From Desulfurivibrionaceae bacterium (GTDB lineage: Bacteria > Desulfobacterota > Desulfobulbia > Desulfobulbales > JAGXFP01): 64,000 nucleotides of DNA. Below are positions 18,293 through 27,853 of the stretch, piece by piece; position 1 is the first letter of the stretch, and each line of letters starts with the position of its first letter. Position numbers and translations under genes: made by a program. The stretch lies in assembly GCA_046484585.1 (NCBI GenBank), contig JAWOIQ010000093.1:909-64908 (forward strand). Direction: 5' to 3'. A model generated the notes under the pieces. The model did no database searches. It worked only from the letters and a program-made list of their open reading frames with translations, and was not told where the DNA came from.

Positions 18293-21200
18293 ATGAGTAT
18301 ATTTTTACACATGAATATCGAAATTAATGGAAACAGCATAACGGCGGAAGAGGGGGTCACCATCCTCGCAGCCGCAGAGCGTTCGGAAATATATATTCCC
18401 ACCCTTTGCAGCGTCAAAGGCAGGAATTCCGAGGTCCCCTGCGAACTGTGCTGCGTTGAAGTTGCCGGTCGGGATGGTCTGGTCCGGGCATGCGAAACTC
18501 CCATCGAGGAAGGCATGTCAATCACCACCGATTCGAAAGCGATTACCGAACATCGCCAGGCCAAACTGGCCATTCTCGCCGAGACCCATTTCGGGGACTG
18601 CAAGGCGCCCTGCAACCTTACCTGTCCCGGCCAGATCAATGTTCAGGGCTATATTGCCCATGTCGCCAAGGGAGAATACGAGGAAGCCGTCCGCCTGATT
18701 ATGGAACGCAATCCTTTCCCGTTTTCGGTGGGCAGGGTCTGTCCCCGTTTCTGTGAAACCAGATGTCGGCGGATCCTGGTCGATGAACCGGTCTCCATCA
18801 ATCATCTCAAAAGATTTGTCGCCGACTGGTGCATGACCAACAAGATCGACCTGAAAATCGGGCGCGACAAGCCGACCGGCAAGAAAATCGCCGTTGTAGG
18901 AGGCGGGCCGGCCGGTTTGAGCGGCGCCTATTATCTGTCGCGCAAGGGTCATGATGTTACGGTCTTCGAAGCCGCCCCCAAACTGGGCGGCATGCTCCGC
19001 TACGGCTTACCGGAGTATAAAATTCCCAAGGATATCCTCGACTACGAGATCTCCACGATTCTGCGAACCGGCATCTCGGTTAAGCTCAATCAGCGCTGGG
19101 GCGAAGATTTCAATCTTCAGAACCTGCGTGACCAAGGTTATGACGCCATTTTATTGACCATCGGCGCGCCCGTCGACGAACCCCTGGATATCCCGGGATC
19201 CTCGTTGAGCAATGTTCTTCCGGCCATAAATTTCCTGAAGAACATCAATAGCGGCAAGAACATCGATTACGGCCGGCGTGCCGCCGTAATCGGCGGTAAC
19301 AACGTTGCCATGGAAACGGCCCGCTCCCTGATCAGAGCCGGGGTTGAAACCGTTACCGTGATCTATCCGCGGACCAAGACCGAGATGGCGGCCAATCAGC
19401 GCAATATCCGTGAGGCCGAAAAGGAAGGCGTCCAGTTTCTGGTGATGGCTACCCCGGTCCAGATTTCGCCGGCCGATAGCGGTCTTGATGTAGAACTGAT
19501 GCGAATGAAGCTGGGTGAACCTGACGAGAAGGGCGTGCGGAATCCCGAAGCTATTCCCGGTTCATCCAACATCATCCAGGTCGATACGGTTATTCATTCC
19601 CTGGGCCAGAAGGCCTGCGATAATGCCAGCTTTAAAGGGGGTTCTCTTGAAGAGTCCCTGGAGTTGACCCCGACCAACAATATTAAAGCCAATCCCCGTG
19701 ATTTTCTTACCAACCAGGATGGCATCTACGCGGCCGGTGACGCGACCAGCGGCCCCCGTTCGGTTATCCAATCGGTGGTGGCCGCCCGCCGCGCGGCAAA
19801 CAACATAAACAGCCAGGTGATGGGGGTAGAGAAGGAGCCCGCCGACAGCCGCTTCAATTTCAGCCGGGGCCGTTCCTTCGACGATGTCGATCTGCGTAAC
19901 TTCGAGGGCATTAAGGTCAAGCTGCGGGAGAAGATGCCGGAAAGGCCGCCGGAGACCTCCACCCAGGACTTTGACGAGGTCAAACTCGGTTTCACCGAAA
20001 AGATGGCGCTGCGCGAGGCGAAACGTTGCCTGTCCTGCGGCTGCAACGCCTATGACCGGTGCGACCTGAAGCGCTTATCCGAAGATCACAATATAAACCT
20101 CAACAAGACCGGCATGGGCAGGGAACCGGTTTATGCCAGAGATAATTCCCATCCCGTTATTCAGATCGATCTCAACAAGTGTATTTACTGCCAGCGCTGC
20201 AAGAACAGCTGCGATTACAAGGCCATCGACCTTTCCGCCGAATCCTTCGACGTCAAGGGCCGCCCGGAGAACATCTCTTTCAGGTTCAACGAGAACTGCG
20301 TGAATTGCGGCGAATGTGTCGACAACTGCTCCACCGGCGCCCTTATCAAGAAGGACCGCCTGGTCCCGATCACCAACGAAGAGGTGAGGGAGGTTCGTTC
20401 GACCTGCCCCTATTGCGGGGCCGGCTGCCAGATCATCCTCAAGGTCAAGGGCAACACCCTGATGGAGGTCGATGCCGATCCCGATCTTGCCCCCAACTAC
20501 GGCGCCTTGTGCGTCAAGGGCCGTTTCGGCCAGAAGTTTGTTCAGCACCGCGACCGGTTGACCAAACCATTAATCCGGCAGGGCGGCCAGCTTGTCGAAA
20601 CCAGCTGGGATGAGGCCCTGAACGTGGTGGCCAAGAAATTTTTCGACCTCAAGGCCATGTATGGATCGGATTCGATCGCCGGTTTCAGCTGCGCCCGGGC
20701 CACCAACGAAGAAAATTACCTGATGCAGAAATTCATGCGGACGGCGATCGGCACCAACAATATCGATCACTGCGCCCGGCTCTGACACGCTCCCACGGTG
20801 GCCAGTTTGGCCCTCACCTTCGGAAGCGGCGCAATGACCAACTCCATAGCCGACATGAAGCAGACCGACCTCTTCTTCATGATCGGCAGCAATCCCGACA
20901 CCAGCCATCCGACCATCGGCCTCCGGGTCCATCAGGCCATTGACCGGGGCGCCAAGCTCGTCGTGGTAGATCCCCGCAGAACCAGGCTGGCCGAGCGGGC
21001 CGACCTCTGGATCCGGATCAAACCGGGAACCGATGTGGCCTTCATGAACGGGATGATGAGCGTCATCCTCGCCGAAGATCTCTGGGACAAAAAATTCGTC
21101 GAGGAGCGGACCGAGGATTTCGATTACCTGAAAAGCGTGGTCGAAAAATACTCGCCCGATATCGTCGAGGAGATTACCGGGGTATCCGAGGAGCAGCTGC

Positions 21201-22420
21201 GCCAGGCCGCGAGAATGTACGCCGCCGAGGGACGGCACGCGATCTACCACGGCATGGGCATCACCCATTACGTGACCGGCACCGACCGGGTCAAGAGTAT
21301 CGCCAACCTGGCCATGCTCTGCGGCAAGGTCGGCCAGGCCGGCGGCGGCTGCAACCCCTTGCGGGGCCAGAACAATGTGCAGGGGGCCTGCGATATGGGC
21401 GCCCTGTTCAATACCCTGCCCGGCTACGGCAGCTTCGATAACAGCGAGCTTTTCAAGACCTTCGAAAAGGCCTGGAAAGTCAAGCTGCCCCGGCGGCCCG
21501 GCAAACCGGCCACCGAGGTCTGGGACAATGTCCTCAAAAAAGATATCCGCGGTCTTTACGTGTTCGGGGAGGATCCGGTAGTAGCTGATGCCAATATCTC
21601 CCATGTCCGGCAGGCCTTGGAAGAGGTTGATTTCCTGGTGGTTCAGGATATCTTCCTGACCGACACCGCCCAGATGGCCGATGTGGTCCTGCCCGCCGCC
21701 TGCTATGCCGAGAAGGAAGGGACTTTCACCTGTACCGAACGGCGGGTGCAGCGGGTCCGCAAGGCGGTGGAGCCGCCCGGCGAGGCCCGGCCCGACTGGC
21801 GGATTTTTTGCGAACTTTCGAAAAAGATGGGCTATGAGATGGACTACGCTTCGGCCGAGGATATCTTCGAGGAGATCCGCACCCTCCTGCCCCAGTATAA
21901 GGGAATCACCTATAAACGCCTTGACGAGGTCGGTCTGCAATGGCCGGTACCCAGTGAAGATCATCCGGGCACCGAGGTATTGCACACCGAATCGTTTACC
22001 AGGGGCAGGGGACTGTTTATCCCGGAGGAGTATATCCCCCCGGTCGAGCTTCCCGATGACGAGTATCCGATGTCCTTTACCACCGGCCGGGATCTGTCCA
22101 GGTATAACTTCAGCAGCATGACCGGCAAGACTCCGGAGATCGATGAGATCAGTCCGGAATGTTTTGCCGAGATCACACCCGTTGATGCAGAACGGCTTGG
22201 CATCAAGGATAAGAGCCGGGTTCGCCTGGTATCGCGGCGCGGATCGGTAGAGATGCGGGCCAAGATCACCGATCGTACCCAGGAGGGTACGGTATTCGCG
22301 ACCTACAACCATCTGGAAACCCTGGTCAACCTGCTTACCCTGGACGCCCTCGATCGTCTTTCCAGAACGCCCGAATACAAGCTATGCGCGATCCGTGTGG
22401 AAGTAGTACCCGAAAATTAG
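18293..22420 (+). CDS. fdhA: selenocysteine-containing formate dehydrogenase alpha subunit fused to N-terminal 2Fe-2S and GltD-like NAD(P)H/FAD oxidoreductase domains (Sec at TGA 20783-20785)
   Basis: ORFs 18293..20785 and 20798..22420 share a frame. Read-through gives [30 protein letters not shown], the FDH Sec motif. GxGxxG VVGGGPAGLSGA, 4Fe-4S motifs and a molybdopterin domain are present. ATG 18311 is an alternative start. Confidence 0.85.
20797..20818 (+). promoter_or_regulatory. candidate SECIS hairpin for fdhA UGA
   Basis: GGT-GGCCA [GTT] TGGCC-(CTC bulge)-ACC, starting 12 nt after the TGA. Confidence 0.55.
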
Positions 22421-22470
22421 TTAACTAATTGATATTATAGTTTTTTATAACTCTTCCGGAGTGAAGCATT

Positions 22471-25400
22471 ATGGCAAAAGCAAAGCAAAAGAAAACCGGC
22501 GCCCCAGCCAGGAAATCCGCCAAGACCGCTGCCCAATCGGGTAGCATGATGGTGGTCGGCGGCGGCGTCGCCGGTGTCCAGGCGGCTCTAGATCTCACCG
22601 AGCTCGGCTATTACGTCTATCTGGTCGAAAAAAGCGCGGCGGTCGGCGGGGCCATGGCCCAGCTGGATAAAACTTTCCCGACCAACGACTGTTCGCTCTG
22701 AATTCTCGCACCTAAATTGGTTGAGGCCGGTCGGTCTCCAAATATCGAAATTCTGAGTAACGCTGATTTGCTTTCCCTGTCGGGCAAGCCGGGTAATTTC
22801 AAGGCCGAGTTACAACTGCGGCCCCGTTATATCGATGCGGATAAATGTACGGCCTGCGGGCTTTGCACTACATATTGCCCCCGGCATCTGGCCGATTCCT
22901 TTAACGAAGGGCTCGATCTGACCAGGCCGATCCATATCGATTATCCCCAGGCGGTTCCGGCCTCCTATTTCATCGATCCCGAGGCATGTCTGTATCTCAA
23001 GCACGACACCTGCCAGATCTGTGTGCCGACCTGCCGCAGCAACGCGATCGATTTCAGCCAAAAGCCCAAAAAGATCAGCCTCGATATTGGGGCGGTGATC
23101 ATGGCTCCCGGTTTCGGCCGGGTGCCGGATGAGGCCCTGACCCAATACGGTTACGGCCAGCATCCCGACATTGTCACCAGCATTGAATTCGAGCGCCTGC
23201 TCAATCCGTCCGGTCCCTTTGAGGGCGAGGTCCGCTGTCTGTCCGATAAACGCCATCCCAAAAAGATCGCCTTTATCCAGTGCGTCGGCTCCCGCGATCT
23301 GGGTTGTGGAAACGGCTATTGCTCGTCGGTCTGCTGTATGTACGCGATCAAGGAAGCGATGGTGGCCAAGGAGCACGACCCCGAATGCGAGATCACCATC
23401 TATTACATGGATATCCGCACCCAGGGCAAGGACTTCGACGCCGCCAGGATCAAGGCCGAGGAACATTACGGTATAAAGTTTGTCAGGGCCAGGGTTGCCG
23501 ATGTTATTCCCTGGAAGAAAAATCTGAAGCTGACCTATTCGACCATGGACGGCGTCCACCGTTTTGACGCCTATGACATGGTGGTCCTGGCGGTGGGTCT
23601 CGACTCTCCGACCGATGCCCGGGCGCTTGCCGATATTACCGGCGTCGAACTGGATAAATATGATTTTTGCAAGACCGGATTTTTCGATCCCCTGGCCAGC
23701 AGCCGGGACGGCGTCTACGCCATCGGCGCCTTTCAGGGCCCCAAGGATATTCCCGAAAGCGTCACCCAGTCCAGCGCCGCGGCCGGCATTTCCGCCGGGC
23801 AGATCAGGGCCGGGCGCGGCAAGGATATCGTTATCAAGGAATATCCGACCGAGAAAGCCCTGAAAGCCGCGGATGAGCCCCGGATCGGCGTTTTTGTCTG
23901 CCACTGTGGGATCAATATCGCCGGCGTGGTGGATGTCCAGAAGGTCGATGATTACACCAAGGACATGGAAGGCGTGGTCTATCACGCCCAGAGCTTGTAC
24001 AGCTGTTCCCAGGACGCCCAGAAGGTGATCAAGGAGATGATCCAGCTCCACGATCTGAACCGGGTGGTTATCGCGGCCTGTTCGCCCCGAACCCATGAGC
24101 CGCTGTTTCAGGAGACCCTGAAAGACGCGGGGCTGAACCGCAGTCTTTTTGAAATGGTCAATATCCGCGACCACTGCTCCTGGGTCCACGCCAACGAGCC
24201 GGATAAAGCCACTGATAAATCGATGGATCTGGTTCGGATGGGTATTGCCAAGGCGCGTCATATCCAGCCGCTGCCCGAGCAGACCGTGCCGGTAACCGAC
24301 AAGGCAATTGTCATTGGCGGCGGCATCGCCGGGATGACCGCGGCCCTGAATCTCGCCGACCAGGGGTTTCAAACGACGATCATCGAAAAGAGCGCCCAGC
24401 TCGGCGGGCATCTGCTTGATCAGCGCTATACCCTGTCGGGCGAGAACATGACCGACTATCTTAAGAAGGTCACCGACCAAATTGCCAAGAATAAAAAAGT
24501 CGATGTGCTTACCAACAGCGAACTGGCTGAGGTGGGCGGTTTCGTCGGGAACTTCTCTTCGGTGGTCAGGTCCGGCAAGGGCAGCAAGGTCTCGGAGCAG
24601 ACCATCGACCACGGGGTGATAGTAGTCGCCACCGGCGGCCGCGAACATGTGCCGGCCACGGTGCTGGGCAAAAAAGTTCCGCAATCGGACAAGTTCATTA
24701 CCCAGAAGGAGTTGGAGATCAGGTTGGCCGACAAAGGTAAGAATCGGGCTCCGAAATCCGTGGTCATGATCCAGTGCGCCGGCTCCCGGGGCGACGATCT
24801 TGCCTATTGCAGCAAGACCTGTTGCACCCAGGCCGTCAAAAACTCGCTTAAGATCAAGGAGATCAATCCGGATTCCCAGGTTATCGTGCTCTATCGGGAC
24901 ATGCGGACCTACGGCTTTGCCGAGGACGCTTACCGCGAAGCCCGGGAAAAGGGAGTGATCTTCATTCCATATTCCATGGATAAAAAACCGAGCCTCAGCG
25001 CCAAGGGAAGCAAAGCCGAAGTCGCTTTTTACGACCCGATTCTTCAGGATGATGTTACCATTAATCCCGACCTGGTCGCCCTGAGCGTCGGAACCGTTCC
25101 CGAGAGCACTGCGGAACTGAGCAGGCTCTTGAAGGTGCCGGTAAATGCCGATGATTTTTTTCTTGAGGCCCATGTCAAACTGCGGCCGGTGGAAATGCCG
25201 GTTGCCGGGGTCTTCCTTTGCGGCCTGGCCCATTCGCCGAAACCGCTGGATGAGATCATTGTCCAGGCCCAGGCGGCGGCGGCCAAGGCGTCCATACCCC
25301 TGGTCAAGGGACAAGTCAGCGTCGATCCGATTGTTTCCAGCATCGATAAGGACAAGTGCATCGGCTGCCGGCTTTGCGCCACTCTCTGCCCTTATCAGGC

Positions 25401-25578
25401 CATTGAAATGGTAAAGGTCGACAAGAAACCGAAAGCCGAGACCGTGGTGGCCTCCTGTAAGGCCTGCGGGATCTGCGCCGCGCATTGCCCGACTTTTGCC
25501 ATATCGATGGGCGGTTTCACCAATGAACAGATTACTTCCCAGATCGAGGCCTTTGGCGAGGCCCTAGAGGAGGCTTAA
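22471..25578 (+). CDS. hdrA: selenocysteine-containing large HdrA-like flavoprotein with tandem HdrA modules and C-terminal ferredoxin domain (Sec at TGA 22699-22701)
   Basis: ORFs 22471..22701 and 22717..25578 share a frame. Read-through gives [21 protein letters not shown], where canonical HdrA has DCSxCIL. Two GxGxxG sites ([18 protein letters not shown]). C-terminal [12 protein letters not shown] and [12 protein letters not shown] motifs. Confidence 0.85.
22723..22738 (+). promoter_or_regulatory. candidate SECIS hairpin for hdrA UGA
   Basis: GAGGCC [GGTC] GGTCTC, a 6 bp stem with one G-U pair, starting 22 nt after the TGA. Confidence 0.5.
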
Positions 25579-25582
25579 CAAT

Positions 25583-26188
25583 ATGAGCAAGGAAGAATTC
25601 AACCCCAAAATTCTCGGTTTTCTCTGCAACTGGTGCTGCTATGCAGCCGCGGATGCAGCCGGGGTTTCCCGATATCAGTATCCGCCCAATCTGCGGACCA
25701 TCAGGATAATGTGCACCGGCCGCCTTGATCCCGCCTTCGTGATGCGCGGTCTGGTCGAAGGTGCAGCCGGCATTTTCACCGGCGGCTGACAACTCGGTGA
25801 ATGCCATTACCAGGTTGGTAATTATGACGCAATGGGAGTAAATGGTCTGATCAAGAAAGTGCTGACCGAGACGGGTTTGGATCATCGACGATTCGATCTC
25901 AAATGGGCCTCCGCCGCCGAAGCGCCGCGCTTCGTCAAACTGATCACCGAATTTACAGCCAGGATTAAAGAACTCGGCCCCTTAGGCGAGGCGGAAGGGA
26001 TCAGCCCCGAAGAGGCAAAAAACCGGGCTGAAAAAGCGCTGGCCATGGTCAGTGACCGTAAATTGCGGATGGGTTTCGGCAATCTGACCAAGACCCTGCG
26101 CAAGGAAGTGCCTAATCTGAGCGATAAAGCAATCGACCAGGCCATCGATGAAAAATTGAGCAAGACTCTTTCATCCCTGGCCGATTAA
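25583..26188 (+). CDS. mvhD: selenocysteine-containing MvhD/FlpD-like hydrogenase iron-sulfur (delta) subunit (Sec at TGA 25787-25789)
   Basis: ORFs 25583..25789 and 25832..26188 share a frame. Read-through gives GIFTGG-U-QLGECHYQVGN, where the MvhD family has GCxxGxCHY. N-terminal LCNWCCY motif. GAGGAGG RBS. Confidence 0.85.
25806..25822 (+). promoter_or_regulatory. candidate SECIS hairpin for mvhD UGA
   Basis: ATTACCA [GGT] TGGTAAT, a perfect 7 bp stem starting 17 nt after the TGA. Confidence 0.6.
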
Positions 26189-26216
26189 ATCGGTAATATT
26201 CTGAAAAGCTGAAAAA

Positions 26217-26249
26217 CGGTTAAACTGGTAAAGTTTAGCCGTTTTTTTT
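26217..26249 (+). terminator. intrinsic terminator after mvhD (end of the Wood-Ljungdahl cluster)
   Basis: CGGTTAAAC [TGGTAAA] GTTTAGCCG, a 9 bp stem with one G-U pair, followed by T8. Confidence 0.8.
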
Positions 26250-26313
26250 ATTCTGGATTATATCCGCTGGGCACCTCAAGGGTTCTGTTCAATCCTCCCT
26301 TGAGGAAGGGCAT

Positions 26314-26369
26314 TTGCTTCGCGGCACATAAGTTTCGTACGAGCAGACCAGCTTCTCAACTCATTTTTA
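26314..26369 (+). repeat. R1 dispersed repeat, copy 2 (shortened left part)
   Basis: TTGCTTCGCGGCACATAAGTTTCGTACGAGCAGACCAGCTTCTCAACTCATTTTTA. Ends 17 nt before ATG 26387. Confidence 0.8.
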
Positions 26370-26386
26370 TGGCAGGTGTTTCGTAA

Positions 26387-26752
26387 ATGAACACATTATT
26401 GTTGATCGAAGACGACCTGATGATCCTGGATACCACCCGGGAGTTATTGAAACTACTCGGTTATCAGGTCTATACCGCAAAAAGCGGAGGCAGCGCTCTC
26501 GATCTCCTGGCCGGGTGCAATGGCGAGATCGATCTGGTTCTGCTTGATCTTTCCCTTCAGGATATGGACGGCAGAAAACTTCTCGTTAAAATGGTCGAAC
26601 AATATCCGGGCTTGAAGTTCGTGATCTGCAGCGGATCTTTACCGGACGAGCTTGACTTCGAACAACATCCCGCCGTCAAGGGCATCCTGCACAAACCTTT
26701 TGAACTTAATGATTTACGAAAAATCGTCGAGAAGGTTATTAACGGCGAGTAA
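26387..26752 (+). CDS. stand-alone response regulator receiver (CheY-like)
   Basis: 121 aa with LLIEDD, DLVLLDLSLQDMDG and a conserved K (HKPF). Confidence 0.85.
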   Translation: MNTLLLIEDDLMILDTTRELLKLLGYQVYTAKSGGSALDLLAGCNGEIDLVLLDLSLQDMDGRKLLVKMVEQYPGLKFVICSGSLPDELDFEQHPAVKGILHKPFELNDLRKIVEKVINGE

Positions 26753-26933
26753 TATCAAATACGTTTTCAAATCGTCCCCGCCGATTTATCTCATCGTTCG
26801 CCAAAACCGCTTTCTTCGCCCTCGCCAACTCCACCCTGATCTCGATCAATCAGCCCCGCCGCGATCTCATCCTGCTCGTTATTATTTTAGCTGCTGACTG
26901 CGTTGCGACTACCCCCGATGACTCCCATGTTGG

Positions 26934-27209
26934 TTAAAAATCTTTTTCTTTTAATTTGCCGGTGACATACTTGTGAAGAACGCTGGATATGAGGGTTTGA
27001 TATGGAATGCCTTCTTCCAGCGCTTTTACCTGTATGGCATGCACATCCTTGCTGGACATGCGGATATTTACTCTGCTGTCTTTTTTGAAGGTGGATTTTG
27101 CCATTTGTCGGTAATGTGACATTTTTTCTTTTTTGCCCTTAACGGGTTGCCACTCATTTTTTTCGAATGACTCTAATAATTCTTTTTCTTCCGCTGTGAA
27201 ATCAATCAT
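26934..27209 (-). CDS. BrnA-like (CopG/RHH family) antitoxin, orphan
   Basis: Track ORF is 26934..27224; ATG 27209 is preferred (MIDFTAEEKELLESFEKNEWQPV...). The tail RVNIRMSSKDVHAIQVKALEEGIPYQTLISSVLHKYVTG is typical of BrnA-type antitoxins. Confidence 0.7.
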   Translation of the reverse strand: MIDFTAEEKELLESFEKNEWQPVKGKKEKMSHYRQMAKSTFKKDSRVNIRMSSKDVHAIQVKALEEGIPYQTLISSVLHKYVTGKLKEKDF

Positions 27210-27294
27210 TGTTTTCACCTCCACGTAAATATTGCTTTGTTGCTTTTCTGCTGGGGATGATAGTTTTTAAAAAAACCTCGTTTTCAACTTGCGG
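27202..27294 (-). pseudogene. C-terminal remnant of a BrnT (DUF497) toxin gene
   Basis: A 30-codon frame, PQVENEVFLKTIIPSRKATKQYLRGGENND*, ends in an ATGATTGA overlap with the brnA start. IIPSRKATK resembles the BrnT C-terminal IISARKATK motif. An in-frame stop lies immediately upstream (27295-27297). Confidence 0.45.
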
Positions 27295-27328
27295 TCAATG
27301 TGCAGCGCTTGGTTCGGCCTCGCCGTAA

Positions 27329-27754
27329 TTATGATTTTTCCCTGTGTATCTCGTCATGGCAAACCGTACATACGGTAATCAAATTGCTTTCCGTGTTGTC
27401 GCCGCCCTTGGCATGGTGCTTTTTGTGGTGTAACTCCAAGTGACGCGGGTCTGATCTATTCCATTCTTCGTGGGTCCAATTGCATAGGGTGCATTTGTAA
27501 CTATCCCTCCGAAGGACTTCTCTTTTTACCGGGTCGGGTATAAGCCGGTCATGTTCAGGGCTTTGGCGATCGGCCTCAAGTAAATACATACCTACTTCAA
27601 GATCCGGGCGGCCGGTATTTTGGGTGACGACAGGCCAACCAAATTCAGTGCGTAACTCTCTGACTCTTCTTGCCCACTCAGATCTATCTTTTGCTAAATA
27701 TTTCAATTCTTCGCCGGTTACTTTTTGCCCGACGTTAGCCCTTAGATATTTCAA
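27329..27754 (-). CDS. small HNH endonuclease with N-terminal putative DNA-binding domain
   Basis: 141 aa with the HNH motif CTLCNW...HLELHHKKHHAKGGDNTESNLITVCTVCHDEIH. Confidence 0.8.
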   Translation of the reverse strand: MKYLRANVGQKVTGEELKYLAKDRSEWARRVRELRTEFGWPVVTQNTGRPDLEVGMYLLEADRQSPEHDRLIPDPVKREVLRRDSYKCTLCNWTHEEWNRSDPRHLELHHKKHHAKGGDNTESNLITVCTVCHDEIHREKS

Positions 27755-27853
27755 TATTTTGTCGCGGACGGAAATGTTTTCTCTTCTAATTTCATTGGCA
27801 AGGTTCCAACGATGTGCATATTTTATGAACTGTGAAGTAAAAGCTTGAGCTTG

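Noticed and set aside
22810-25485. Very long antisense ORFs opposite real genes. Examples are 22810..25485 (891 aa), 20570..22312 (580 aa), 14940..16355 (471 aa), 12977..14269 (430 aa), 10273..11583 (436 aa), 33226..34542 (438 aa), 45824..47095 (423 aa), 54574..55716 (380 aa), 5118..6017 (299 aa) and 50..814 (254 aa).
   Set aside because: Their translations are Gly/Arg/Ala/Pro/His-rich with no motifs, typical of shadow frames in G+C-rich DNA. In each case the opposite strand encodes a protein with clear family motifs.
20783-25789. Reading the three TGA codons (20783, 22699, 25787) as genuine stops or pseudogene lesions, giving truncated fdhA, hdrA and mvhD.
   Set aside because: Each TGA sits exactly at a conserved Cys/Sec position and the frame continues without shift. 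Conserved motifs lie on both sides and a hairpin follows within 12-22 nt. Three independent nonsense mutations at catalytic Cys codons of adjacent genes is implausible.
26370-26386. Sigma-54 promoter-like strings: TGGCAGGTGTTTCGT before the 26387 response regulator, and GGGCATAAGTTTCGT inside every R1 copy.
   Set aside because: The -12 element is TCGT rather than TTGC, so the GG-N10-GC register is not met. The 26370 site is only 3 nt from the ATG. The resemblance is too weak to call despite the sigma-54 activator encoded at 43.1-44.5 kb.
26753-26933. A 181 nt spacer between the response regulator and brnA as a possible gene remnant. The minus strand translates as ...EQDEIAAGLIDRDQGGVGEGEESGFGER*.
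   Set aside because: No recognisable family motif and no start or RBS. It cannot be supported as a pseudogene from sequence alone.
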